The notes beneath the pieces were generated by a model. It worked only from the letters and a program-made list of their open reading frames with translations. It was not told the origin of the DNA and made no database searches. A DNA stretch of 64,000 bases from an uncultured delta proteobacterium (GTDB taxonomy: Bacteria; Myxococcota_A; UBA9160; UBA4427). Position 1 is the first letter of the stretch; each line of letters opens with the position of its first letter. The stretch spans positions 1,504,001-1,568,000 of the forward strand of contig CAWGJT010000005.1 in the NCBI GenBank assembly GCA_963822965.1, given 5' to 3'. Position numbers and translations under genes: made by a program. Shown here piece by piece: positions 1 to 10,055 of this stretch.

Positions 1-3000
1 GCGCCCGGCCTGCCCCTCACCTGCCAGCCCGAGACCTTCAACCTCGCCCTGGCGACCGTCGACCCGCCGTGGCGGGAGATCACGATCGTCGCGACCGACG
101 CGCTCCACGGGAAGACGCTGCTCGCCGACGGGGAGACGCCCTGCGCGGAGCCCGTCACGGTGGAGCTACTGGACGGCGGCGGAGCCAGCGGCGGCGGGGC
201 CCCCATCGCCAGCACCGCGTCGAACCCCGCCGGAGAGTGGATGCTGGGCGACCTGCCCCCGTCTCCCCAGTCCTTCCTCATTCGCGCTCGCTGCGCCGGA
301 GCAGGCTTCGACAAGGCGATCAACGTGAACGACGACTACCGCGTCGGCACCCAGTCGTTCGACCAGACATTCCCCAACAACCCACCGGTCATCCAGTCCA
401 TCCAGGTGCAGAACGAGATCGGGGACGTGTACCGGATGGTGGCGCCCGGGAGCCATCTCATCGTCCGCGCCACCGTCGACGATCCCGACGGCGATCTCCT
501 GACCTACTCGTGGATCGACACGGCGGACTCCCTTCCCTCCGTCAGCTCGGCGAGCCTGCTCTGGTCGGCGCCGGACGCCTCCCAGCTCGTCACGTTCAAC
601 GTGACCGTCGACGACGGGCGCGGCGGCGTCGCCCACGGCAGCGCGCAGATCCGGGTGGGCCCGCTGGAGGACCGCTTCGTGGGGCACGTCCACGACGCCG
701 AGAGCGGTCTGCCGCTCACCGGGGCGAAGGTGGAGGTCGCCGGACAGAGCGTCGTGACGAACGCCGACGGCTACTTCGGACTCGCGGGTCCCATGGCCGC
801 CTTCCACGACCTGCAGGTGACCCTCGACGGCTATGCACCCTACGACGACCGCGTCGAGGGCAGCGCGGCCGGGCTCGCCATCGCGCTCCACCCCCTGCGC
901 CTCTACAACGTGGACCCCACCCAGCAGATCGAGATCTGGGACGGGCCCCGGGGCTTCATGGTGCGCATTCCGCCGAACTCGCTGCAGGACGAGGCCGGCA
1001 ACGATCCGCCCGGCAACGTCGACGTCGGCATCCACACCCGCAACGGCAAGAGCGAGCCCTCCATCGGCACGGCGATCGTCGCGGCGCCGGGCGCCGAAGA
1101 CGCGCTCGAGCCCGTGCAGAGCGCGTCGGTGGTGATCAGCGACGGGTCGGGCGCCCGCTACAACCTGAAGGCGGGCGCGCGCGCCACCGTCGGCTTCACG
1201 GCGCCGGACAGCCTCGCCCAACCCGGCGTGATGCCCCTGCTCCACCTGGACGAGGGGTCGGGCCTGTGGACCGAGGTGGGCGAGACCGTCCAGAAGCACG
1301 CCCGCTACGAGGCGGAGGTGGCGAGCTTCAGCTCGTGGAGCACCGGCGTCGTGCATCCCTCGTGGAACGCCTGCGTCCACGTCCACGTGAAGGGTGGCGT
1401 GCGGCTGCCCCAGATCCTGCGCATCTACCGCACGAACCCGCCCAGCGACCTGAGCCAGCACTTCGTGCAGGAGGTGGTGATCCAGGATCACGACAACCTG
1501 ATCACCCACATGCCGCAGAACCAGACGGCGGTGATCGTGCTGCATCCCTTCAACGACCCGGACAACATCATCGGCACCGCCTACGCGGCCACCGGTTCGG
1601 GCGTGACGCCGATCCCGGCCTACCCGTGGAACGGCTGCGCGAACGTGAGCCTGGGCGTGGACGTCCCTGCCGAGACGAACTCGGTGCCGCGCTACTTGAG
1701 GCGCATCCAGGGCAACCAGCAGTCCGCCCTGGCCTACTACCAGTCGATCGGTGCGCTCCCCCTCAAGGACGATTTCCAGAAGTGGCTCAACGTCAACCAG
1801 TTCCCCGTGGACGCGGTCGACCACGACGTCACCTTCTTCAACCCCAACGACCTGGGGCTCACCCGCCGCGCCAACTGCAACCGCTACGAGCGGCAGGGCG
1901 TCGGCCAGTTCGCCTGCTACGTGACCAAGTACGGCAAGATCGGCGAATCGCCGTACGAGAGCCTGTGGGACGGCTTCGCGGGCCTGAACCCCGGCGACAC
2001 CGTCGCCATGGAGTTCACGGCGCCCGTCAACGGAGACCCCGACGACCGCTCGGTCAAGTTCTACATCTACGCGCCCGGTCAGACGCCCGGCCAGCAGTCC
2101 CTCAAGCTGAAGACCGCCTTCGACACCGACGGTGACACCAAGTACGTGCCCGAGGTGTGCCTGCACTGCCACGGGCTCTACGTGCCGCAGTTCGCCGTCT
2201 TCGACGTGATGGAGTACGAGTGGCTGGGCGTGGGCCAGAGCAAGGTCGAGAACATCCAGGAGCAGATGCGGGAGTGGAACTCCTGGGTCGACACCATCGC
2301 CGCCCACACCAACCCGCCCCACATCCCACCCAGCGCCAACCCGGCGCGCGAGCTCATCAAGCGCATCTACGGGGGCGAAGGAGCGGTATACGTCCCGGGG
2401 ACGACTGCTCACGCGGAGTACTGGGGCAACCCGGTCTACGACGACGTCGTCAAGCCGTACTGTCGCACCTGCCACATGTGGAGCAGCTTCCCGTTCTCGC
2501 CCCCGAACCCCCAGCTCTTCGGGCCGGTCGACAGCCACGTCTGCACCGGCGAGATGCCTCACGCGATGGCCCCCCAGCTCGCCCTGTGGTCGAGCACGAA
2601 CCCGTGGGCGCCCTCGCTCCTCAACCTGTACTGCGTGACCGTGAGCAGCCCGCCCTCGATCACGATCACCGGACCTCCGGAGGGCACCGAGGTGGGCTTC
2701 GGCGGGCTCAGCTTCGAGACCTACACGGCCAGCGTCAGCGACCCGGAAGACGGGGCGTCGTGCTGCTTCGTGCAGTGGTCCGCCAACGACGAAGGGGTCA
2801 TGGGCTACGGGACGACCGTCCAGTACGTGTTCTCGGCACCCGGGAGCCACTTCGTCTGCGCCAAGGCCATCGACTCCAATGGCAAGGAGGCCCAGGACTG
2901 CATCGAGGTCTTCTCCACCAACCACGCGCCGAGCGCCGCGATCCTCGACCCGGTGCAGTCCCAGAGCCTGTTCGTCGGCGATCCCTATACCTTCCACGGC

Positions 3001-3537
3001 GAGGGATACGACAGCGAGTACGCCTACCTCGAGCTTCCCTGCCAGAACCTGAGCTGGCAGGTGACGCTGTCCCAGAACCCGCCGCCCACTCCGACGACCG
3101 CGCAGGGAACCTGCTTCCCGACCTTCACGTTCAACGCCACCGGAATCCACAGCGTCGCGCTCGAAGCGACGGACCTGGACCTGCTGACCGACCAGACCCA
3201 GGTGACCTTCAACGTGGTGCCCGTGCCGCCCGGGTCGCCGCCCGGCGTGAACATCACGTACCCGAACCCGAATGACCTCTATCCTTCGGACGCGCCCCTC
3301 GACCTGACGGCGCTGGTCACGTCCCACGGCGGCGGTCCCATCAGCCTCGACTGGACCATCGACTGGAGCGGCAACCCGGTCACGATCTCCACCTCGAATC
3401 CCGACGTGTGGGTGCCCTCGGACGACGTTCCCTTCAACTGCGGAGGACAGTCCGTCATTCTCCGGCTCGAGGCGACGGACGGCAACGGATCGAAGACCGA
3501 CTCGGTGGCCTTCGAGATCGCGTACCCGCCGTGCTGA
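1..3537 (+). CDS. Large secreted/surface multidomain protein (5'-truncated): Ig/PKD-like and carboxypeptidase-regulatory-like beta domains flanking a putative di-heme cytochrome c domain
   Basis: Frame is open from base 1 (APGLPLTCQPETF...) into ORF 160..3537. CxxCH motifs CLHCH (2158-2172) and CRTCH (2461-2475), with a downstream MPHA Met/His ligand candidate. PKD-like motifs DDPDGDLLTYSW, SDPEDG and VTVDDGRGG. Confidence 0.75.
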   Translation, partial: APGLPLTCQPETFNLALATVDPPWREITIVATDALHGKTLLADGETPCAEPVTVELLDGGGASGGGAPIASTASNPAGEWMLGDLPPSPQSFLIRARCAGAGFDKAINVNDDYRVGTQSFDQTFPNNPPVIQSIQVQNEIGDVYRMVAPGSHLIVRATVDDPDGDLLTYSWIDTADSLPSVSSASLLWSAPDASQLVTFNVTVDDGRGGVAHGSAQIRVGPLEDRFVGHVHDAESGLPLTGAKVEVAGQSVVTNADGYFGLAGPMAAFHDLQVTLDGYAPYDDRVEGSAAGLAIALHPLRLYNVDPTQQIEIWDGPRGFMVRIPPNSLQDEAGNDPPGNVDVGIHTRNGKSEPSIGTAIVAAPGAEDALEPVQSASVVISDGSGARYNLKAGARATVGFTAPDSLAQPGVMPLLHLDEGSGLWTEVGETVQKHARYEAEVASFSSWSTGVVHPSWNACVHVHVKGGVRLPQILRIYRTNPPSDLSQHFVQEVVIQDHDNLITHMPQNQTAVIVLHPFNDPDNIIGTAYAATGSGVTPIPAYPWNGCANVSLGVDVPAETNSVPRYLRRIQGNQQSALAYYQSIGALPLKDDFQKWLNVNQFPVDAVDHDVTFFNPNDLGLTRRANCNRYERQGVGQFACYVTKYGKIGESPYESLWDGFAGLNPGDTVAMEFTAPVNGDPDDRSVKFYIYAPGQTPGQQSLKLKTAFDTDGDTKYVPEVCLHCHGLYVPQFAVFDVMEYEWLGVGQSKVENIQEQMREWNSWVDTIAAHTNPPHIPPSANPARELIKRIYGGEGAVYVPGTTAHAEYWGNPVYDDVVKPYCRTCHMWSSFPFSPPNPQLFGPVDSHVCTGEMPHAMAPQLALWSSTNPWAPSLLNLYCVTVSSPPSITITGPPEGTEVGFGGLSFETYTASVSDPEDGASCCFVQWSANDEGVMGYGTTVQYVFSAPGSHFVCAKAIDSNGKEAQDCIEVFSTNHAPSAAILDPVQSQSLFVGDPYTFHGEGYDSEYAYLELPCQNLSWQVTLSQNPPPTPTTAQGTCFPTFTFNATGIHSVALEATDLDLLTDQTQVTFNVVPVPPGSPPGVNITYPNPNDLYPSDAPLDLTALVTSHGGGPISLDWTIDWSGNPVTISTSNPDVWVPSDDVPFNCGGQSVILRLEATDGNGSKTDSVAFEIAYPPC

Positions 3538-3568
3538 CGGGGGCCGGGAGCGGACGTCCCACGCGGGG

Positions 3569-4597
3569 TCAGTACCCCTTCTCGTCCACGCGCACCTTGC
3601 CCCGGAAGGTCCAGTAGACGAGCCCCGTGTAGGCGAGCACCATGGGCATGCCCAGGGCCGCGATGGCGGCCATGATGCCCAGGGTCTTCGGGCTCGAGGC
3701 GGCGTTCCACACGGTGAGCGTGTTCTCGGGCGCGGGATGCGAAGGAACCAGGCTCGGGAACAGCGCCGAGCCGAGCAGCGCCACGAGCGCCACGATCACC
3801 ATGGACGTGCTTGCGAAGGCCTGGCCCGGCCGACCGTAGAAGAGCGCCCGGGGAATGTTGGCGATCGCGAGCACGTTGGCGAGCGGAACCGCCCACAGCC
3901 ACGGGACGTCCCGCAATCGGTCCGTGGCGTGCGGCACCGCCACCAGCGTCACCATGGTGACCACCAGGAAGAGGGCGAGAAACACCCCGAAGCCGTGCCA
4001 CGCGGCGCGGTGGGCGCGGGCCTGCAGCTCGCCTTCGGTTCTCAGCCCGAGGTAGGTCGCCCCGTGAAGCGCGAAGAGCGCCACCGTCATGGCGCCGACC
4101 CCCAGCGAGTAGGGGTGCAGGAGGTCGCCCGTGGCGCCGACGAACTCACCGCGGGCGTCGAGCGGGATCCCCACCAGCAGCGCACCCACGGCCGTCCCGA
4201 ATACCAGGGTCGCTCCCGCCGAGCCTGCGCTGAACGCGCCGTCCCAGAAGGCCCTCCAGGCCCGTCCGCGCCGCTTGCCCCGGAACTCGAGCGAGACGGC
4301 GCGCAGGACGAGGAAGAAGAGCAGCGCCATGAAGGGCAGGTAGAAGGCCGAGAGCACGGTCGCGTAGGCCTCGGGGAACGCGGCGAAGAGCGCGCCGCCG
4401 AAGGTCACGAGCCAGACCTCGTTGCCGTCCCAAAGCGGCCCGATCGACTGCACCGCGGTGCGCTTCTGGCGGTCGCCCCTCGGGACGAACAGATGCACGA
4501 TGCCGACCCCGAGATCGAATCCGTCGAGCACCGCGTAGCCCGCCAGCAGGGCGCCCAGCAGCCCGAACCACAGCAGCGCGAGCGCCTCGGCGCTCAC
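3569..4597 (-). CDS. cydB: Cytochrome bd ubiquinol oxidase subunit II
   Basis: [12 protein letters not shown] and [13 protein letters not shown] motifs. GTG start at 4597 overlaps the cydA stop (GTGA). Confidence 0.95.
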   Translation of the reverse strand: MSAEALALLWFGLLGALLAGYAVLDGFDLGVGIVHLFVPRGDRQKRTAVQSIGPLWDGNEVWLVTFGGALFAAFPEAYATVLSAFYLPFMALLFFLVLRAVSLEFRGKRRGRAWRAFWDGAFSAGSAGATLVFGTAVGALLVGIPLDARGEFVGATGDLLHPYSLGVGAMTVALFALHGATYLGLRTEGELQARAHRAAWHGFGVFLALFLVVTMVTLVAVPHATDRLRDVPWLWAVPLANVLAIANIPRALFYGRPGQAFASTSMVIVALVALLGSALFPSLVPSHPAPENTLTVWNAASSPKTLGIMAAIAALGMPMVLAYTGLVYWTFRGKVRVDEKGY

Positions 4598-6135
4598 GTC
4601 CGCTCCCCCGCCACGTCGTCCCCCGCCTCGGTGAGCGACCCGCCGTGGCCCGGCCGGCGGGCGGCCGCCTCGACGAACCCCTCGTGCCCGGGCGCGACCT
4701 CCGGCGGCGGAGCGGGTCCCTGCTGGATCTTGTCGTTCAGGACCACCACCCACACCGCACCCAGCAGCAGGTAGATGACGCCGAACAGCGCGATGGAGCC
4801 GCGCACCTGCTCGGCGCGCACGGCCCGGCTCACTCCGTCCGTGGTGCGGAGACCGAGCGCTTCGTCGTACTCGACGACGCCCGCGGGACCGAGCGCGAGC
4901 TGGCCGTCGGCCGTGCGCGGAACGGGCGGGTGCACGATCCACGGCTGGCGCCCGACCTCGGCCGCCACCCAGCCCGCCTGGTTCGCCGCCACGGCGCCCA
5001 GCACCGCGAAGACGAACACCCAGAGAAGCCAACGCTGCTGGAAGAGAGTGCCCCGCCACCAGAAGAAGCACGCGAGGAGGCTCACCCCCACGAAGAAGAA
5101 GCCGAGGGCGACCATCGCGTGGTAGGAGAAGAAGGGCACCGACACCGGGGGTCGGTCCTCGGGCCGGAACCGGTCGAGACCCACCACCGGCGTCTCGAAG
5201 TCTCCGTGGAGCAGGAAGGAGAGACCACCGGGGATCCCGATCTCGCCGCGCACGATCTCCGCCTGGGCGTCCGGGATGCCGAACAGGCTCAGGTCGCCCG
5301 GGCCCGTCCGGAACTGACCCTCGAACGCCGCGAGCTTGGCGGGCTGGTGCTCGTAGACGCTGCCGGCCTGGAGGTGGCCGGAGACCAGCATCGCCAGGGA
5401 GGAGAGGGTCGCCAGGACCAGCGCGCCGCGGAAGCTCCGCTCGGCGAACTCGCGGTGGCGATCCCGGAGCAGGTACCAGGCGGCGATGCTCATCACGAAG
5501 AACGCGCCCATGATGAAGCAGCCGAGCAATACGTGGGTCAGCCGGTGCAGGCTCGACGGGTTCAGCACCATCGCCCAGAAATCCACGATCTCGGCGCGCA
5601 TCACGGGCTGGCCGTCGATCACCCACGGCGCGCCGTCGCGCACCATCGGGACGATGTGGTGGCCGGCCGGCGTCTGCTGCCAGGAGTTCGCCACCACGAT
5701 CCACACCGCGGAGAACATCGACCCCAGGGCCACCATGCAGGTGGCGAAGAAGTGCAGACGTGGTCCCACCCGATCCCAGCCGAAGACCAGCACCGCCAGG
5801 AACCCGGACTCGAGGAAGAAGGCGAAGATGCCCTCGGCGGCCAGCGCCGACCCGAACACGTCTCCCACGAAGCGCGAGTAGGTGGCCCAGTTGGTCCCGA
5901 ACTCGAACTCCATCGCGATGCCGCTGGCCACGCCGATGGCGAAGTTCAGCGCGAAGATCCCGGTCCAGAAGCGCGCGGCGGAGCCATAGATGGGCGTGCG
6001 CGTGCGGAGCCACATCCCGTCGAGGTACACGAGCACGATTCCCAGCCCGATGCTGAGCGGCGGGAACAGGTAGTGGAACATGATCGTGAGCGCGAACTGG
6101 AGTCGGGAGAGCCAGACGACGTCGCCCACGGGCAT
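4594..6135 (-). CDS. cydA: Cytochrome bd ubiquinol oxidase subunit I
   Basis: [43 protein letters not shown] and [12 protein letters not shown] motifs. Confidence 0.96.
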   Translation of the reverse strand: MPVGDVVWLSRLQFALTIMFHYLFPPLSIGLGIVLVYLDGMWLRTRTPIYGSAARFWTGIFALNFAIGVASGIAMEFEFGTNWATYSRFVGDVFGSALAAEGIFAFFLESGFLAVLVFGWDRVGPRLHFFATCMVALGSMFSAVWIVVANSWQQTPAGHHIVPMVRDGAPWVIDGQPVMRAEIVDFWAMVLNPSSLHRLTHVLLGCFIMGAFFVMSIAAWYLLRDRHREFAERSFRGALVLATLSSLAMLVSGHLQAGSVYEHQPAKLAAFEGQFRTGPGDLSLFGIPDAQAEIVRGEIGIPGGLSFLLHGDFETPVVGLDRFRPEDRPPVSVPFFSYHAMVALGFFFVGVSLLACFFWWRGTLFQQRWLLWVFVFAVLGAVAANQAGWVAAEVGRQPWIVHPPVPRTADGQLALGPAGVVEYDEALGLRTTDGVSRAVRAEQVRGSIALFGVIYLLLGAVWVVVLNDKIQQGPAPPPEVAPGHEGFVEAAARRPGHGGSLTEAGDDVAGERT

Positions 6136-6154
6136 CGACCGGGTGGGACGAGTC

Positions 6155-6715
6155 TCAGTTCTTGGGGAAGTTCAAGACCGGGAAGATCGGCAGGAAGCCG
6201 TTCTCGGCCATGTTCAGGAAGCCGAACTGGAAGCCCTTGATCTCCTTGGTGATGTTGATGAAGCCGATCTGGGCGGTCGAGCTCTTCGACATGTTGACTC
6301 CACCCAGGTCCACCATCGTCGTCCCTTTGGCGATCGTGACGAAGCCCGTGTTGAAGGCGCCCGGGGTTTCGTTCAGCAGGTTGATGAACGCCGCGTTCAT
6401 GCCCGAATCGCTGCCGGTGTGGTAGTTGACGAGGCTGAAGCACGCCGCAGAGTTCATCTCATCCGTGACCTTGGAGACGCCGGCGACCAGAGCCAGACCG
6501 GAGAATCCGGAGGTCTCGCTCAGCGAGAGCAGGCCGATGTCGAGACCGTTCGTGCGCTGGTTCTTGCCGTAGAGAAGAGAGAGGCGCATGCCGCTCACGC
6601 TCGGATCGTCCGGAACGTTGACGCCGGGGAGTCCCAGCTGGAAGCCGGTCTCGGCGAGCGCCGCGTTGGAGCAGAAGAGCAGGCAGAGGCAGGCCGACAG
6701 GATGATTCGCTTCAC
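6155..6715 (-). CDS. Exported VC2662/LA_2272-like repeat protein
   Basis: Signal peptide, repeated GxQ/NxGxxN beta-solenoid units, and C-terminal [23 protein letters not shown] typical of this family. Confidence 0.75.
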   Translation of the reverse strand: MKRIILSACLCLLFCSNAALAETGFQLGLPGVNVPDDPSVSGMRLSLLYGKNQRTNGLDIGLLSLSETSGFSGLALVAGVSKVTDEMNSAACFSLVNYHTGSDSGMNAAFINLLNETPGAFNTGFVTIAKGTTMVDLGGVNMSKSSTAQIGFINITKEIKGFQFGFLNMAENGFLPIFPVLNFPKN

Positions 6716-6892
6716 GGGGTTCTCCTTGGCAGATGCGGGCCATGATACCCGCGTCGGGCCGATCCGCCGCCAGGGAAGCAGGGGGGCGGACCGCCTTCCG
6801 CTCGCCGCCGGCCGACGCGTGCCCGGGATTCGCGTGCGGCACGGGCCGAGCCGTCCCGGGTCGGCCCGCTAGGCTAGGCTCTGGCCCCCGAG

Positions 6893-7741
6893 ATGCCCGG
6901 CGATCGCCATCGACTCCTGCCCGCTCCGCTGCGTCGCCTGTCGCGGCCGCTCGGTCGCGAGCTTCGAGACCTCCAATGGGCACTCCGCAACCTCTCGGTC
7001 CAGGTGCACCCTTCGCCCGTGTTCGTTCTGGGCCACCAGAAGTCCGGCACCTCCATCATCGCGGCGCTGCTCGGCAAGCTCTCGGGCCGGGAAGTCACCC
7101 TCGACCTGCTGCGGGAGGTCTGGCGCCCGACCTTCCACCGCATCCCGGGCGACGACACGTGGTCGTTCGACGACTACGTGCGGCGAAACCGTCTCGGCTT
7201 CTCGCGACCCATCGTGAAGGAGCCGAACCTGACCTTCTTCTACCCCGAGCTCCGCGATCGATTTCCCGACTCGAGGTTCGCGTTCGTGGTGCGCGACCCC
7301 CGGGACAACGTGCGCAGCCTGCTCGACGCACTGGAGGTGCCCGGAGACCTCGCGCGCCTGGAAGAGCGCCACAAGCACCGCTTCAATCCCGGCTGGGAGC
7401 TCGTCTTCGATTCGAGCTGGCTCGGTCTGCCCGGCGAGCACTGGATCGACCGCCTCGCACACCGTTGGAACCTCTGCTGCGATGTCTACCTGGAGAACGC
7501 CGAGCGCCTGGCGCTGTGCCGCTACGAAGACTTCGCAGCGGACAAGTACGGCGAGATCCGCCGGCTGGCGGGGCGGCTGGGGCTCGCGGAGAAGAACGAC
7601 ATCGAGCACGAGCTCGACGTTCAGTACCAGACCCGGGGAGATCGCTCCGTGCGATGGATCGACTTCTTCGGCGAGGAGAACCTGGCGCGCATCGAATCGA
7701 TCTGCGCCGAACGAATGCAACGACTCGGCTACCGGGTCTGA
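6893..7741 (+). CDS. Sulfotransferase family protein
   Basis: PAPS-binding motifs VFVLGHQKSGTS and VVRDPRD, plus RYEDF. Confidence 0.85.
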   Translation: MPGDRHRLLPAPLRRLSRPLGRELRDLQWALRNLSVQVHPSPVFVLGHQKSGTSIIAALLGKLSGREVTLDLLREVWRPTFHRIPGDDTWSFDDYVRRNRLGFSRPIVKEPNLTFFYPELRDRFPDSRFAFVVRDPRDNVRSLLDALEVPGDLARLEERHKHRFNPGWELVFDSSWLGLPGEHWIDRLAHRWNLCCDVYLENAERLALCRYEDFAADKYGEIRRLAGRLGLAEKNDIEHELDVQYQTRGDRSVRWIDFFGEENLARIESICAERMQRLGYRV

Positions 7742-7761
7742 CGCCGCGGAGGACCGTCCGG

Positions 7762-8280
7762 ATGACGCCGAAGATCTACAACGTTCTCTTCCTCTGCACC
7801 GGCAACTCCGCGCGAAGCATCCTGGCGGAGGCGATCCTGAATCGGCTCGGCGCCGGCCGCTTTCGCGCCTACAGCGCCGGCTCCCACCCCACGGGCCGGG
7901 TGCATCCGATGGCGCTCGAGCTGCTCCGGGCGCTCGGCTACGAGACCGCGGGCCTCCGTTCGAAGGGCTGGGAGGAGCTCGCGAAACCCGGCGCGCCGGC
8001 GCTCGACTTCGTGTTCACGGTCTGCGACGACGCTGCGGGCGAGGCCTGTCCCGTCTGGCCCGGCCAGCCGATGACCGCCCACTGGGGGACCCCGGACCCC
8101 GCCGCCTTCACGGGGCCCGAGGACGAGCAGCGCTGGGCCTTTCGCCGGGCCTACCGCGAGCTCGAGCGGCGGATCGATCTCTTCACGAGCCTCCCGATCG
8201 AGGCGCTCGACCGCCTGAGCCTGCAGTCGCGCCTGAACGAGATCGGCAAGACCGAAGCCCCCGTGGCGGAGGACGAGTAG
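7762..8280 (+). CDS. arsC: Arsenate reductase, LMW-PTP family
   Basis: NVLFLCTGNSARS P-loop, TVCD..AGEACPVWPG and HWGTPDP motifs. GGAGG SD lies upstream of ATG 7762. Confidence 0.92.
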   Translation: MTPKIYNVLFLCTGNSARSILAEAILNRLGAGRFRAYSAGSHPTGRVHPMALELLRALGYETAGLRSKGWEELAKPGAPALDFVFTVCDDAAGEACPVWPGQPMTAHWGTPDPAAFTGPEDEQRWAFRRAYRELERRIDLFTSLPIEALDRLSLQSRLNEIGKTEAPVAEDE

Positions 8281-8291
8281 TGGAGGGGGAG

Positions 8292-9380
8292 ATGGATGCG
8301 AGCCGGGGCAACGCGGAGCCCAAGCGCCTCGGTGTCTTCGAGCGCTGGCTCTCCCTGTGGGTCGCCCTGTGCATGGTGGCCGGCGTGTCCCTGGGCTGGC
8401 TCCTGCCCGGCGCGACGGACGCGCTTCGGCGCCTCGAGTTCGGAAAGGGAAGCCAGATCAACGTCCCGATCGCGGTCCTGCTGTGGCTGATGATCTACCC
8501 GATGATGCTCCGCATCGACCTCGCGAGCGTGCTCGAGGTGCGCCGCCGCCCGAAGGGCATCGCCGTCACGCTCTTCGTCAACTGGCTGGTGAAGCCCTTT
8601 TCGATGGCGTTCCTGGGGTGGCTCTTCTTCGAGCACATCTTCCACGCCTGGATCGGCGACGCCTTGGCCGACCAGTACGTGGCGGGCGTCGTCATCCTGG
8701 CGGCCGCGCCCTGCACCGCCATGGTCTTCGTGTGGTCGTATCTCACGGACGGCGACCCGGCCTACACCCTGGTGCAGGTGTCGCTGAACGACCTCATCAT
8801 GCTGCTGCTCTTCGCGCCGATCGTCTCCTTCCTGGTGACCGGTGCCAGCGGCCTCACGGTTCCCTTCGACGTGCTGCTCTACTCGGTGGGCATCTTCATC
8901 GTGGTGCCGCTGGCCCTGGGAAGCCTGAGCCGCGTCGTGCTGATGCGCCGCCGGGGAAGGGCCTGGTTCGAGGAGACCTTCCTCCCCCGCTTCCAGCCCG
9001 TCACGACCCTCGCTCTGCTCGCCACCCTGGTGCTGATCTTCGCCTTCCAGGCGGAGAACCTCACGAGTCGCTTCTTCCACGTGGTGCTGATCGCGATCCC
9101 GATCCTGATCCAGGTCTACTTCAACTCGAGCCTGGTCTACGGGCTGATGAGGTGGCTGCGGGTTCCCCACGACGTGGCCGCGCCCGGCGCGCTCATCGGC
9201 GCCTCCAACTTCTTCGAGCTCGCAGTGGCCACGGCCATCGCCCTCTACGGCCCAGGCTCCGGGGCGGCCCTGGCCACCGTCGTCGGCGTGCTCGTCGAGG
9301 TTCCGGTCATGCTCTCGGTCTGTGCCTTCTGCAACCGCACGCGCCACTGGTTCGTCTGGCCCGAGCCCACGCGGAGCTGA
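8292..9380 (+). CDS. acr3: ACR3 family arsenite efflux transporter
   Basis: FERWLSLWV, AAPCTAMVFVWS, GASNFFELAVA and GVLVEVPVML motifs. Confidence 0.95.
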   Translation: MDASRGNAEPKRLGVFERWLSLWVALCMVAGVSLGWLLPGATDALRRLEFGKGSQINVPIAVLLWLMIYPMMLRIDLASVLEVRRRPKGIAVTLFVNWLVKPFSMAFLGWLFFEHIFHAWIGDALADQYVAGVVILAAAPCTAMVFVWSYLTDGDPAYTLVQVSLNDLIMLLLFAPIVSFLVTGASGLTVPFDVLLYSVGIFIVVPLALGSLSRVVLMRRRGRAWFEETFLPRFQPVTTLALLATLVLIFAFQAENLTSRFFHVVLIAIPILIQVYFNSSLVYGLMRWLRVPHDVAAPGALIGASNFFELAVATAIALYGPGSGAALATVVGVLVEVPVMLSVCAFCNRTRHWFVWPEPTRS

Positions 9381-9512
9381 AAGACGTCGGGCGATGCGTC
9401 GAGGGGCGCGGACGACCCTCGCGGACGCGTCCGTATGCCCCGCGCGGAGCCGCTCAGCGGGGCGAGGCGGATCGCGCCCGACTCCGAGGTGCTGCCGTGG
9501 TAACGTCGCGCC

Positions 9513-10055
9513 GTGGTCGTGGAACGAAACCAGCCGGAAGCCGGACGATCGCAGCCGGTCCGCTTCCGCCGCCCGACCATGGAGGACGGGGCTGCGGTCT
9601 GGCGGCTGGTCGAGGACCTGGGCAGCCTGGACCGCAACTCCCCCTACGCGTATCTCCTGCTGTGCCGCGATTTCGCCGACACGTGCGTCCTGGCGGAGGA
9701 CTCCGGAGCCCTGTTGGGCTTCGTCGTAGGCTATCGATTGCCCGCCGACCCGGAGACGGTCTTCGTGTGGCAGGTGGGGGTCTCGCAGCAGGCCCGGGGC
9801 CGGCGGCTGGCGAGCGCGATGCTCGACGGGCTGCTGGTCTCGGAGGGCTGCCGGGGCGTTCGATTCCTGGAGGCCACCGTCACCCCTTCGAACGCCGCGT
9901 CTCGCGCCCTGTTCGAATCGCTGGCACGGCGCCTGGACGCCGCCCTGGTGGAGTCCCCGGGCTTTCCTGCCGAGGCGTTTCCGCAAGGCGACCACGAGCC
10001 CGAGCCCCGGCTCCGCATCGGTCCCTTCGACAACCTCAAGGAGGGAAGCGCTTGA
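9513..10055 (+). CDS. ectA: L-2,4-diaminobutyrate acetyltransferase
   Basis: LDRNSPYAYLLLC, VFVWQVGV, EATVTPSNAAS and HEPE motifs. Lies directly upstream of ectB. Confidence 0.92.
   Translation: MVVERNQPEAGRSQPVRFRRPTMEDGAAVWRLVEDLGSLDRNSPYAYLLLCRDFADTCVLAEDSGALLGFVVGYRLPADPETVFVWQVGVSQQARGRRLASAMLDGLLVSEGCRGVRFLEATVTPSNAASRALFESLARRLDAALVESPGFPAEAFPQGDHEPEPRLRIGPFDNLKEGSA

Noticed and set aside
6155..6715. PHA synthase label sometimes attached to this family
   Set aside because: It is only 186 aa, has a signal peptide, and lacks a lipase-box Cys or alpha/beta-hydrolase motifs.
6837..6852. CGGCACG-GGCC-GAGCC as a sigma54 promoter for the sulfotransferase-ars-ect run
   Set aside because: The -12 element is poor (GAGC), likely by chance in GC-rich DNA, and no upstream TTGYAGAWYC motif was seen.
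7772..7781. Near match (TTGTAGATCT, minus strand) to the proposed UAS
   Set aside because: It has one mismatch and lies inside arsC codons (KIYN). It is noted as a background caveat for the motif.
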